A DNA stretch of 64,000 nt from an uncultured Clostridia bacterium (GTDB lineage Bacteria; Bacillota; Clostridia; UMGS1810). The notes beneath the pieces are model-generated. The model worked only from the letters and a program-made list of their open reading frames with translations. It was not told where the DNA came from and made no database searches. A program made the translations under genes and the position numbers. The stretch is from NCBI GenBank assembly GCA_934481345.1, contig CAKSPF010000006.1, forward strand, positions 22,770 to 86,769. The letters run 5' to 3'. Of the stretch, positions 8,800 to 17,176 are shown piece after piece (position 1 is the stretch's first letter; each line of letters starts with the position of its first letter).

Positions 8800-9545
8800 T
8801 ATCCGAACCTCCCCGTTATATAATCCTCAGTCCGCTTATCCTGCGGCATGGAAAACAGCTTGTCGGTATCCGAATATTCCACTATTTCGCCTGCGAGGAA
8901 AAACGCAGTGTTATCCGATATTCTTGCCGCTTGCTGCATGTTGTGCGTTACTATTACTATCGTGTATTTTTTCTTGAGCTCCATAGCAAGATCCTCTATC
9001 TTTGACGTTGACACGGGATCGAGTGCGCTCGTAGGCTCGTCCATAAGCAAAACCTCCGGTTCTGCCGCAAGAGCGCGCGCAATACAAAGCCTTTGCTGCT
9101 GACCGCCGGAGAGTGCGGCGGCGCTTTTTTTCAGTCTGTCCTTCACATCATTCCACAGAGCGGCTTTTGCAAGCGATTTTTCAACGATTTCATCAAGCTC
9201 CGTTTTTTTGCGTATGCCGTGCGTCCTCGGGCCGTATGCAATATTATCATAAATGTTCATGGGAAAAGGATTTGCCTTCTGAAAAACCATTCCCACTCTT
9301 TTCCTCAGTAAATTAACATTCATATCTCTGTAAATATCCGTTCCGTCCAAAAGAACTTTGCCGCTTATCCTGCACCCGTCGACGAGATCGTTCATTCTGT
9401 TAAGTGTTTTGAGCACCGTGGACTTTCCGCAGCCGGAGGGACCTATAAAAGAAGTTATGCTGTTTTTTGCAATACCCATGCTTATCCCTTTGACAGCTTT
9501 AAAGTCACCGTAGTGCAAAACAAGATTTTCAATATCAAATTTCAT
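8799..9545 (-). CDS. pstB: Phosphate ABC transporter ATP-binding protein PstB
   Basis: Walker [10 protein letters not shown], signature [14 protein letters not shown] and Walker [12 protein letters not shown]. PstB-typical length and operon position. Confidence 0.93.
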   Translation of the reverse strand: MKFDIENLVLHYGDFKAVKGISMGIAKNSITSFIGPSGCGKSTVLKTLNRMNDLVDGCRISGKVLLDGTDIYRDMNVNLLRKRVGMVFQKANPFPMNIYDNIAYGPRTHGIRKKTELDEIVEKSLAKAALWNDVKDRLKKSAAALSGGQQQRLCIARALAAEPEVLLMDEPTSALDPVSTSKIEDLAMELKKKYTIVIVTHNMQQAARISDNTAFFLAGEIVEYSDTDKLFSMPQDKRTEDYITGRFG

Positions 9546-9575
9546 TAACTACTCTCCTTTATACCGGATCGGCAT

Positions 9576-10412
9576 TCAGCGTGACAGCCTTTTTGCGGCA
9601 AATTCCGACAGGGCATTTATGCCTGCCACCAGAACAAGCAGCACCGCAGCCGTTGCAAATGCCTCATTTGTATACATTCCCTCGGAAAGCAGACAATACA
9701 TATGAACCGAGAGAGTTCTCGCCGAGTCCGTAAGTGACACAGGTACTTTTGCAGACGTTCCCGCCGTAAATATAAGTGCGGCCGTTTCTCCCGCGATACG
9801 CCCTGCAGAAAGAATAACTCCGGAAAGTATTCCCGGCATTGCTGAGGGTATTATTATTTTGAAAACCGTTCTTACCCTGCCTGCTCCAAGACCGAAGCTG
9901 CCCTCCTTATATGACTTCGGAACAGCCAAAAGTGCCTCCTCGCCGGTGCGTATGATGACCGGCAAAACCATTATTGCCAGAGTCACCGCGCCGGCTATCA
10001 GCGAATATCCCCATCCGAGAGCCGTAACAAATGCCAGAAATCCAAACAGGCCGTAAACTATTGACGGTATCCCGGCGAGTGTTTCCGTTGTTATGCGTAT
10101 GAGCCTTACAAGTTTTGATGAACCGTGAGTATATTCCACGAGATACACCGCCGCAAAAACCCCTGAAGGGACGGCTAAAGCAAGTGAAATAACAGTCATG
10201 TAAACAGTATTTATAATTGACGGCAGCATAGACACATTTTCCGAATTATACCTGAGAGAAAAAAGCTTAAGTGAAATATTCGGTATACCTCTTGCCGCGA
10301 TGTATAAAACCACAAAAAGCATTACGGCGACAGTAACAACGGCAGAAAGCATTATCAAAACAAACACCGCAAAAGAAAACAGTCTGCCCGAATAAGATTT
10401 AAAATAATTCAT
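9576..10412 (-). CDS. pstA: Phosphate ABC transporter permease PstA
   Basis: Polytopic membrane protein with an EAA-like loop (VPKSYKEGSFGLGAGRVRTVFKIIIP). The start was moved to the ATG at 10412, which forms an ATGA overlap with the pstC stop. The ORF track start is 10442. Confidence 0.88.
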   Translation of the reverse strand: MNYFKSYSGRLFSFAVFVLIMLSAVVTVAVMLFVVLYIAARGIPNISLKLFSLRYNSENVSMLPSIINTVYMTVISLALAVPSGVFAAVYLVEYTHGSSKLVRLIRITTETLAGIPSIVYGLFGFLAFVTALGWGYSLIAGAVTLAIMVLPVIIRTGEEALLAVPKSYKEGSFGLGAGRVRTVFKIIIPSAMPGILSGVILSAGRIAGETAALIFTAGTSAKVPVSLTDSARTLSVHMYCLLSEGMYTNEAFATAAVLLVLVAGINALSEFAAKRLSR

Positions 10413-11272
10413 GTTCTGCACCCTTTCACGGCGGCAAAGCAAAGATTAATAATAAGTATAAAAACAAAGAGCACAACAGCCGTGGCAATTAAAGCTCCTC
10501 TGTGAAGCTGTGCCGCATAACTCATTTCAAGCACAATATTTGCCGTAAGCGTCCTTACTCCCGAAAAAACCGATTTCGGCATAACTGCCTGATTCCCGGC
10601 AATCATAACAACCGCCATTGTTTCGCCTATCGCTCTGCCGATACCGAGAATTACCGATGACACAACTCCCGAGCCTGCCGCCGGAAGCAACACCTTGAAA
10701 ACACTCCGTTCCGTTGTGGCTCCGAGTGCGAGAGAGCCTTCAAGGTACCCTTTCGGAACTGCGGCAAGGGAGCTTTCGCATATGCTCACCACTGTAGGCA
10801 AAATCATAATACCCAAAACTACGGAAGCCGTAAATATTCCCTTTCCGCTCACTCCGAAAATCCTTCTGACAGCAGGAACAATTACACTGAGTCCGAAAAA
10901 ACCGAATACTACAGACGGTATTCCCGCCAGAAAATTTATTGCTGATTTTACGGCTTTGTACAGCGTTCCGCGGCAGTACACCGTAAGGCACACAGCAGTG
11001 AGTATTCCGAGCGGAACGCCGACTGCCGCCGCACCGCCCGTTATATATATACTCCCTATAATCATCGGAAAAATTCCGTACTTATCAAGCGACGGCTTCC
11101 AACGGCTGCCGAGCAAAAATTTGCTTATACCGATTTTTTGCATTGCAGGAAATCCGTTTATGAAAATGAAAAAGCATATCGCCAGCACCGCGGCAATCGA
11201 AATAAGCGCACAAATCAAAAACATCACTTTCGCTGCAATTTCGCCGGCGTTATTCATTTTATTTCCGACCAT
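10409..11272 (-). CDS. pstC: Phosphate ABC transporter permease PstC
   Basis: Polytopic membrane protein with the loop VPKGYLEGSLALGATTERSVFKVLLP, located between pstS and pstA. The start is either 11272 or the ATG five codons downstream. Confidence 0.88.
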   Translation of the reverse strand: MVGNKMNNAGEIAAKVMFLICALISIAAVLAICFFIFINGFPAMQKIGISKFLLGSRWKPSLDKYGIFPMIIGSIYITGGAAAVGVPLGILTAVCLTVYCRGTLYKAVKSAINFLAGIPSVVFGFFGLSVIVPAVRRIFGVSGKGIFTASVVLGIMILPTVVSICESSLAAVPKGYLEGSLALGATTERSVFKVLLPAAGSGVVSSVILGIGRAIGETMAVVMIAGNQAVMPKSVFSGVRTLTANIVLEMSYAAQLHRGALIATAVVLFVFILIINLCFAAVKGCRT

Positions 11273-12117
11273 CTTGTTATTTTCCCTTCAAATAAATTTT
11301 TTATGGTTTTTGCAGACAAATTATCTATCCGATTTTTTTTATTTACTATAACGGCTATCCCGTCAAGGGCAATTTCGGTTTCTGTAAGTTTATCCTTTTC
11401 ATCGCCTTTAAGCGGACGCGACGACAGTCCCAAATCGCTTATACCGTCTATTGCCGCCGATATGCCGGCGGCAGAACCGGTCTGCTGTATTTCAAACTCC
11501 GTACCGGGATTTAGTTTTTCATACTCCTCATACAGCGCCTCCGCAGCCGGAGATACAGATGTAGAACCTGCCATGGTTATTTTGCCTTTCAAAAAAGCCG
11601 GACTGTAATGCCCTCTGCCGTCAAAAGAAACAAAACCTTTTTCGCTTACAATCTTTTGACCCTCGTTACTCAGAATGAAGGAAACCAAATCATCTTCAAG
11701 CCGGTTTGATATATCGGGTCTGCGGCAAATCAAAAATTTTCTGAATATTTTATATCTGCCGTTTTTAATATTTGTTTCGGTAATCTTTACCCCGTCCACC
11801 GACAAGGCTTTAACTGTTTTTGGAAGCGAACCGAGCGACACATATCCTATCGCATTCACATCGTCCGCTATTGATTGCAGCATAACGGAGGTGCTGTTTG
11901 TAACCTCGGCGCTGTCGCTTATTGCGTCTGCACCGTATTTATCGGTAATATTTAAAATTTCGGAGAATGCTTCGCGTGTACCGGAGCCTTCCTCCCTTGT
12001 AACAAGAGTTACCGTATCTTCATACCTTTCTTCTTTGCCGCAGCCGCAAAAATTAAAGGAAGTACATATAACCGTCATCAAAATAATCGCTTTCTTCATA
12101 CATTTTCCCCGTTTCAA
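11254..12117 (-). CDS. pstS: Phosphate-binding lipoprotein PstS
   Basis: Lipobox-like N-terminus MKKAIILMTVICTSFNFCGCG and a PBP-type fold with motifs GSGT and TGSAAG. The ORF starts at a TTG at 12117; the more likely start is the ATG at 12099. Confidence 0.88.
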   Translation of the reverse strand: MKRGKCMKKAIILMTVICTSFNFCGCGKEERYEDTVTLVTREEGSGTREAFSEILNITDKYGADAISDSAEVTNSTSVMLQSIADDVNAIGYVSLGSLPKTVKALSVDGVKITETNIKNGRYKIFRKFLICRRPDISNRLEDDLVSFILSNEGQKIVSEKGFVSFDGRGHYSPAFLKGKITMAGSTSVSPAAEALYEEYEKLNPGTEFEIQQTGSAAGISAAIDGISDLGLSSRPLKGDEKDKLTETEIALDGIAVIVNKKNRIDNLSAKTIKNLFEGKITRWSEIK

Positions 12118-12271
12118 AAAATGATAACAAGATTATTTTAACCCCGCCGATAAAAAATATAACCTGACATTTCTTTTATTTACTTTTTTATGTAATAAAA
12201 CGGCGTAGGCAAAAATATTAGTATAAATAGCAGAATATTCAAAGTTTGTGACCAAAGAAAGGAATGAGATT

Positions 12272-13552
12272 ATGAAACTATTAAAACCCGGTGACAGCGG
12301 GCTTTTAGTTCAGTATTTGTCACTGGCGCTCGAACGAGCAGGTTTTTCGGCAGGAGGAATTACAGACGATTTTAACTTGCGTGTATACAACTCCCTCACG
12401 GCATTTCAGAATTCAAAATCATTAAAGGCGGACGGAGTCGCCGGAGAGCAGACCTGGAATGCTCTTATCCCGTATATTAAAGGCTATACGACCGTAACCG
12501 CAGGCGGCGGACAGACGGTTGACTCTGTTGCGGCGGAATTTTCGACATCGCCGCAGGCAATCGAAACCGCAAATCCTTTTATTACGGACAACTCCCTTAC
12601 GCCCGGTGCAACCGTTACCGTTCCGTACAGCTTTGAGCTGGTGCCGACTGATGTTGACTATTCATATTTTCTGGTATCGCTGATTACAGAAGGACTTTTA
12701 GCCAGATACCCGTTTATAAGAAGCCAAAGCGCCGGAAAAAGTATAATGAACAGAAACCTTGACTGTATTATAATAGGAAACGGCAGCACCGAAGTGTTTG
12801 CCAATGCGTCGCATCACGCAAACGAATGGATTACAACCCCTGTCCTTTTAAAATATGCCGAGGACTGCTGCATTGCCATAGCAAGCAACGGCACAATAGA
12901 CGGAACGGACGCGAACCGTCTGTTCAGTGCAAAAACGCTTTATATCCTGCCGCTTGTAAACCCTGACGGAGTAGACCTCGTGACAGGAGCAATAAACATT
13001 GACAGCGAATTTTATCTCTCCGCGCGGAGTATTGCCGCCGAATACTCATTTATACCGTTTCCGAGCGGCTGGAAAGCAAATATTGAGGGTACGGACTTAA
13101 ACCTCAATTATCCCGCCGGCTGGCAAAGAGCAAAGCAGATAAAAGCTGAGCAAGGCTTTGTATCGCCCGCACCGAGAGATTTTGTGGGCACTGCTCCGCT
13201 TTCCGCAGTAGAAAGCCGCGCCGTATATAATTTTACGCTTGCACACGACTTCGCGCTTACGCTTTCTTATCATACGCAGGGTGAGGTAATTTACTGGAAA
13301 TACTTAAACTATCTGCCGCCGCGTTCTGAGGAAATAGGCATCGCGCTCTCTGAGGCAAGCGGATACTCTCTTGACACGACTCCATACGCATCGGGATTTG
13401 CCGGATATAAGGACTGGTATATATCGTTTTTCAACCGTCCGGGTTACACTGTCGAAATCGGCATGGGAACAAATCCGCTGCCGATAAGTGACTTTAATTC
13501 GGTATATCCGCCGAATAAAAGCCTTATTACAACCGCAGTATCTCTTATATAA
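12272..13552 (+). CDS. Peptidoglycan-binding/LysM/M14 zinc carboxypeptidase-family protein (gamma-D-glutamyl-diamino-acid endopeptidase I-like)
   Basis: N-terminal PG_binding_1-like segment (LLVQYLSLALERAGFSAGGITDDFNLRVYNSLTAFQNSKSLKADGVAGEQTW). LysM-like segment (YTTVTAGGGQTVDSVAAEFSTSPQAIETANP). M14 zinc motif HANEWIT. The ATG at 12272 is preceded by GAAAGGA 8 nt upstream. The ORF track GTG start is 12248. Confidence 0.8.
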   Translation: MKLLKPGDSGLLVQYLSLALERAGFSAGGITDDFNLRVYNSLTAFQNSKSLKADGVAGEQTWNALIPYIKGYTTVTAGGGQTVDSVAAEFSTSPQAIETANPFITDNSLTPGATVTVPYSFELVPTDVDYSYFLVSLITEGLLARYPFIRSQSAGKSIMNRNLDCIIIGNGSTEVFANASHHANEWITTPVLLKYAEDCCIAIASNGTIDGTDANRLFSAKTLYILPLVNPDGVDLVTGAINIDSEFYLSARSIAAEYSFIPFPSGWKANIEGTDLNLNYPAGWQRAKQIKAEQGFVSPAPRDFVGTAPLSAVESRAVYNFTLAHDFALTLSYHTQGEVIYWKYLNYLPPRSEEIGIALSEASGYSLDTTPYASGFAGYKDWYISFFNRPGYTVEIGMGTNPLPISDFNSVYPPNKSLITTAVSLI

Positions 13553-13553
13553 C

Positions 13554-13582
13554 TTGAAAATATTTTTTTGTTGTGGTATTAT
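13554..13582 (+). promoter_or_regulatory. Sigma-A-type promoter of the COG0523 operon
   Basis: TTGAAA, 17 nt, TATTAT, with a TGn extended -10 (TGGTATTAT). It lies about 35 nt upstream of the ATG at 13615. Confidence 0.55.
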
Positions 13583-13614
13583 TATACATAAGAAAATTAA
13601 TTGAAGGTGATTGT

Positions 13615-14730
13615 ATGACAAAAATTGATATTTTTTCAGGCTTTTTGGGTGCAGGGAAAACAACCCTTATCAAAAAGCTCATAAAAGAGGCTTATAACGG
13701 AGAAAAACTCGTTTTAATCGAAAACGAATTCGGCGAAATCGGTATTGACGGCGGATTTATGCAGGACGCAGGCATAGAAATAACCGAAATGAACTCGGGC
13801 TGCATTTGCTGCTCGCTTGTCGGCGACTTCGGCAAAGCATTAAACGAGGTTCTTAAAAAATTCAAGCCGGACAGAATCTTAATCGAGCCATCCGGCGTAG
13901 GCAAGCTGAGCGACGTTATCCGTGCCGTACAGGGAATAGACGCAAAAGACGCGGTGCTCAATTCCCTTACAACCGTTGCTGATGTAAACAAGTGCAAAAT
14001 GTACATGAAAAATTTCGGAGAATTTTTCAACGATCAGATTGAACATGCGGCAGCCATTGTTTTAAGCCACACTTCAAATTCCACCGATGAAAAAATCAAA
14101 ACCTGCACCGAACTTCTTCGCGAGCACAATCACGACGCAGTTATCGTTACAACTCCGTGGGAGAACTTAAGCGGCGAACAGATTCTGGAAGCTATGGAGA
14201 GAAAGGACACTTTGCAGGAGGAGCTTGAAAAGCTCAAAAACGAAGAAGTGTGCCCTGTTTGCGGTCATCACCATGATCATGAACATGAACACGAGCATCA
14301 CGAACATGAGCACGAACACGAACATGAGAACGAACATGAACACCATCACGACCACGGACACGAACATCACGATCATGATCATGAGCATGACTGCTGCTGT
14401 CACGACCACAGCCATGAACACGGTCATGAACACGGTCATGAACACCACCATGCCGATGATGTGTTCACAAGCTGGGGCAAAGAAACAACCCGTAAATTCA
14501 CTGCCGACGAAATCACACATGCGCTAAATGAGCTTGAAAATTCCGACAAATACGGTATTATCCTGCGTGCAAAGGGAATTGTCGAAGGCAGCGACGGCAG
14601 CTTTATTCATTTTGACTATGTTCCCGGCGAGCCGGACGTACGCAAAGGCAGCAGTGCCGTTATAGGCAGACTCTGCGTCATAGGCTCCAAAATAAACGAG
14701 AACGCTCTCAGCGAGCTGTTTAATATATAA
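13615..14730 (+). CDS. COG0523 (CobW/HypB/UreG-type) G3E GTPase metallochaperone with long internal His/Glu tract and CobW_C-like C-terminus
   Basis: Walker A GFLGAGKTTL, NEFGE, metal motif GCICCS, and ExxG (LIEPSGVG). A 62-residue tract holds 33 His plus CCC. The C-terminal beta domain reads GIILRAKGIV...CVIGS. The ATG at 13615 is preceded by GAAGGTGA. The ORF track start is 13573. Confidence 0.9.
   Translation: MTKIDIFSGFLGAGKTTLIKKLIKEAYNGEKLVLIENEFGEIGIDGGFMQDAGIEITEMNSGCICCSLVGDFGKALNEVLKKFKPDRILIEPSGVGKLSDVIRAVQGIDAKDAVLNSLTTVADVNKCKMYMKNFGEFFNDQIEHAAAIVLSHTSNSTDEKIKTCTELLREHNHDAVIVTTPWENLSGEQILEAMERKDTLQEELEKLKNEEVCPVCGHHHDHEHEHEHHEHEHEHEHENEHEHHHDHGHEHHDHDHEHDCCCHDHSHEHGHEHGHEHHHADDVFTSWGKETTRKFTADEITHALNELENSDKYGIILRAKGIVEGSDGSFIHFDYVPGEPDVRKGSSAVIGRLCVIGSKINENALSELFNI
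14266..14451 (+). repeat. Low-complexity coding repeat (CAC/CAT-GAA/GAG periodicity) encoding the His/Glu tract
   Basis: Encodes HHHDHEHEHEHHEHEHEHEHENEHEHHHDHGHEHHDHDHEHDCCCHDHSHEHGHEHGHEHHH, read directly from the sequence. Both alternative frames give spurious ORFs in the track. Confidence 0.9.
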
Positions 14731-14752
14731 AACACAAAAGAGGGTAGTGCAT

Positions 14753-15700
14753 ATGAATCAGCAAATACCGGTTTATTTGTTTACCGGATTTTTGGAAGCC
14801 GGTAAAACAAAAAGTATACAGGAAACGCTTGAAGACGAGCGCTTCAATGACGGCGAGAAAACGCTTGTTCTGCTCTGCGAAGAGGGAGTTGAAGAGTTTG
14901 CTCCGGAGCGTTTTTCGGGCAAAAACGTATACATTGAGCTTATAGAGGACAAGGAAGATTTAAAGGCGGACTATCTGTACAGCCTGCAAAAGAAATATAA
15001 AATCGAGAGAGTTATCGTTGAGTACAACGGCATGTGGACATTAGACATACTGTATAACAATCTGCCGGACAAATGGTTTGTGTACCAGGAGATTATGTTT
15101 GCGGACTCAAAAAGCTTTTTGACATACAACGCAAACATGCGGAGCCTTGTCGTTGACAAGCTCACCAATACAGAACTGGTTATATTTAACCGCCCCGACA
15201 GCTCAACCGACAAAGATGAGTTTCATAAAATAGTGCGCGGAATAAGCCGCCGCTGTGCCATAGCTTATGAAAATGCGGACGGTACAATGGAGTATGACGA
15301 GCAGGAGGATCCTCTGCCGTTTGACACGGACGCCCCCGTCATCGAAATTGCCGACCGTGACTATGCTCTCTGGTACAGGGATATGACCGAGGACATGAAA
15401 AAATATATCGGCAAAACCGTTAAATTCAAGGCAATTGTTGCCGTAAGCGACAAATTTCCGCCAAACACGGTCGTATGCGGAAGGCATGTAATGACATGCT
15501 GCGTAGAGGATATATCCTACAAAGGCGTCATTACCGTACTGCCGGACGGAGTGAAGCTCAAAAACCGCGACTGGGTTATAATAACAGCCGAGCTGTCAAG
15601 ACAGTATCACAAGCTTTACCGCTCAAAAGGCCCTGTGTTAACCGTAAAGAAAATAGAGCCTGCGACAGTTCCCGAACAGGAAGTAGCAACATTTTATTAA
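14753..15700 (+). CDS. COG0523-like GTPase domain lacking the CxCC motif, fused to a DUF1980/TIGR03943-like C-terminal domain with an MTCC motif
   Basis: Walker A GFLEAGKT, CEEGVEEF in place of NEFGE, ExxG (VEYNGMW) and an NRPD NKxD-like motif. No CxCC. The C-terminus reads GKTVKFKAIV...CGRHVMTCCVEDISYKGV...DWVIITAEL. The ATG at 14753 is preceded by AGAGGG. The ORF track GTG start is 14747. Confidence 0.8.
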   Translation: MNQQIPVYLFTGFLEAGKTKSIQETLEDERFNDGEKTLVLLCEEGVEEFAPERFSGKNVYIELIEDKEDLKADYLYSLQKKYKIERVIVEYNGMWTLDILYNNLPDKWFVYQEIMFADSKSFLTYNANMRSLVVDKLTNTELVIFNRPDSSTDKDEFHKIVRGISRRCAIAYENADGTMEYDEQEDPLPFDTDAPVIEIADRDYALWYRDMTEDMKKYIGKTVKFKAIVAVSDKFPPNTVVCGRHVMTCCVEDISYKGVITVLPDGVKLKNRDWVIITAELSRQYHKLYRSKGPVLTVKKIEPATVPEQEVATFY

Positions 15701-15750
15701 TAATTCTGCTTTTCAGCTGTCAGCTTTAGTGAATATCAGTGTAAATGAAA

Positions 15751-15780
15751 AGTGTCTTGTATTTTTCAAGGCACTTTTTA
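15751..15780 (+). terminator. Intrinsic terminator after the COG0523 pair
   Basis: AGTGTCTTG-TATTTTT-CAAGGCACT, 9 bp including one G:U pair, followed by TTTTT. Confidence 0.6.
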
Positions 15781-15857
15781 TGTGCAATTTTTAAGTATAT
15801 GTGCATATTTATTAACACCCGGCGGAAAGATATATAAGATTTGTATACCCTTTTTTC

Positions 15858-15886
15858 TTGACATATATTGTCAGTAAAGGTATAAT
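15858..15886 (+). promoter_or_regulatory. Consensus sigma-A promoter of fba
   Basis: TTGACA, 17 nt, TATAAT, located 44 nt upstream of the fba ATG. The -35 lies inside a small palindrome, TGACA-N5-TGTCA. Confidence 0.7.
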
Positions 15887-15929
15887 TATTAATATAATAA
15901 CATTATTATACGTTTTGGAGGTCAAATAA

Positions 15930-16796
15930 ATGTTAGTATCAGCAAAAGACATGCTTTTAAAAGCAAAAGCAGGAAAATACGCAGTAGGACAGTTTAATAT
16001 CAACAACCTTGAATGGACAAAGTCAATCCTTCTTACTGCACAGGAGCTTAAGTCACCTGTAATTCTGGGTGTTTCCGAAGGTGCCGGAAAATACATGTGC
16101 GGCTACAAGACAATTGTAGGCATGGTTAAGGGAATGATTGAGGAACTGAACATAACGGTTCCCGTTGCGCTTCATCTCGACCACGGAAGCTACGAACACG
16201 CTTTAAAAACAATTGAAGCAGGATTTTCTTCCGTAATGTTTGACGGCTCGCACTATTCTATCGAAGAAAACATCGAAAAGACAAAAGAAATCATAAAAAT
16301 CGCTCACGAAAAGGGAATTTCCGTTGAAGCGGAAGTCGGTTCTATCGGCGGTGAAGAGGACGGCGTTATCGGCGGCGGCGAAGTTGCAGACGTTAACGAA
16401 TGTAAGATGATAGCAGACCTCGGTGTAGATATGCTCGCCGCAGGTATCGGCAATATCCACGGCAAATACCCCGAAAACTGGCAGGGACTCAGATTTGACG
16501 TTCTCGAAAAAATCAGCGAAGCAACAAATCCGATGCCTCTCGTTCTTCACGGCGGCACAGGCATTCCGGCTGACATGATTAAGAAGGCTATTTCTCTCGG
16601 CGTGAGCAAAATCAACGTTAATACCGAGTGCCAGCTTTCATTTGCAGACGCTACAAGGAAATATATCGAAGCAGGCAAGGATCTGGAAGGCAAAGGCTTT
16701 GACCCGAGAAAGCTCCTCGCTCCGGGCGCAGAAGCTATAAAAGCTACCGTTAAAGAAAAAATGGAACTTTTCGGTTCTGTAGGAAAAGCTGAATAA
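15930..16796 (+). CDS. fba: Class II fructose-1,6-bisphosphate aldolase
   Basis: 288-aa protein. The N-terminus KDMLLKAKAGKYAVGQFNINNLEWTKSIL, LHLDHG, and HGGTGIP are typical of Firmicute Fba. The RBS is GGAGG. Confidence 0.95.
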   Translation: MLVSAKDMLLKAKAGKYAVGQFNINNLEWTKSILLTAQELKSPVILGVSEGAGKYMCGYKTIVGMVKGMIEELNITVPVALHLDHGSYEHALKTIEAGFSSVMFDGSHYSIEENIEKTKEIIKIAHEKGISVEAEVGSIGGEEDGVIGGGEVADVNECKMIADLGVDMLAAGIGNIHGKYPENWQGLRFDVLEKISEATNPMPLVLHGGTGIPADMIKKAISLGVSKINVNTECQLSFADATRKYIEAGKDLEGKGFDPRKLLAPGAEAIKATVKEKMELFGSVGKAE

Positions 16797-16811
16797 TTAT
16801 TTTTTACTTTT

Positions 16812-16840
16812 AAAGGCAGCCGATTTGCGGCTGCCTTTTG
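16812..16840. terminator. Bidirectional intrinsic terminator between fba and the convergent small ORF
   Basis: AAAGGCAGCCG-ATTTG-CGGCTGCCTTT, a perfect stem with flanking A and T runs. Confidence 0.85.
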
Positions 16841-17053
16841 TTATTTCTCAATAAGATTTATTCTTTCTTTTATCTTGGCTGTTTCTTTATTAATAATATC
16901 CGATGCTTTTCCTATGCTCCGTAAGTATCGGAAATGGTTTCTTCCACATCTTCGGCGGAAAATCCCTTTCAAGAAACTGCCGCATATGATTTTGACTGCT
17001 CCGCCGGAAATCAGTCCCGCAATTTTCACATCATTAAATTTTTCACAAACCAT
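16841..17053 (-). CDS. Small hypothetical protein (70 aa from the preferred start)
   Basis: The ORF track gives 16841..17107 from a GTG. The internal ATG at 17053 is preceded by GAGGGGGA 7 nt upstream. The protein is MVCEKFNDVKIAGLISGGAVKIICGSF..., with a basic middle and a coiled C-terminus. No family was recognised. Confidence 0.4.
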   Translation of the reverse strand: MVCEKFNDVKIAGLISGGAVKIICGSFLKGIFRRRCGRNHFRYLRSIGKASDIINKETAKIKERINLIEK

Positions 17054-17120
17054 AATTACATCCCCCTCGCTTTCAATATACTGTTGAAATAAAACGGAGA
17101 TTTTCACTCAAAGAATTTCA

Positions 17121-17160
17121 AAAAAATTCCGCAGCAGAATTATTTAAATTCTGCTGCGGA
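17121..17160 (-). terminator. Intrinsic terminator of the LRR protein gene
   Basis: TCCGCAGCAGAATT-ATTTA-AATTCTGCTGCGGA, a perfect 14-bp stem with a T run on the minus strand. Confidence 0.85.
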
Positions 17161-17176
17161 TAAAATTATAAATCTG

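Noticed and set aside
10695-11351. 218-aa ORF antisense to pstC/pstS. Similar long antisense ORFs lie at 18654..19355 (in the SPFH gene), 45933..46526 (in prmA), 3244..3822 and 4909..5283 (in the GH gene) and 24823..25287 (in the EF-G paralogue).
   Set aside because: All lie inside strongly supported genes on the opposite strand. They have low-complexity or hydrophobic junk composition and lack ribosome-binding sites.
12118-12271. Pho-box (PhoP-binding) repeats in the pstS upstream region.
   Set aside because: The region is AT-rich with TTA/ACA-like hexamers. I could not identify a convincing pair of direct repeats at 11-bp phasing by eye, so a PWM scan is needed.
14167-14527. Two ORFs (117 aa on minus, 100 aa on plus) rich in M, V, F, T and N. 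The periodic DNA could also be mistaken for a repeat array or CRISPR.
   Set aside because: They are alternative-frame readings of the CAY-GAR His/Glu coding repeat inside the COG0523 gene. The period is 6 nt, with no spacers, so it is not CRISPR-like.
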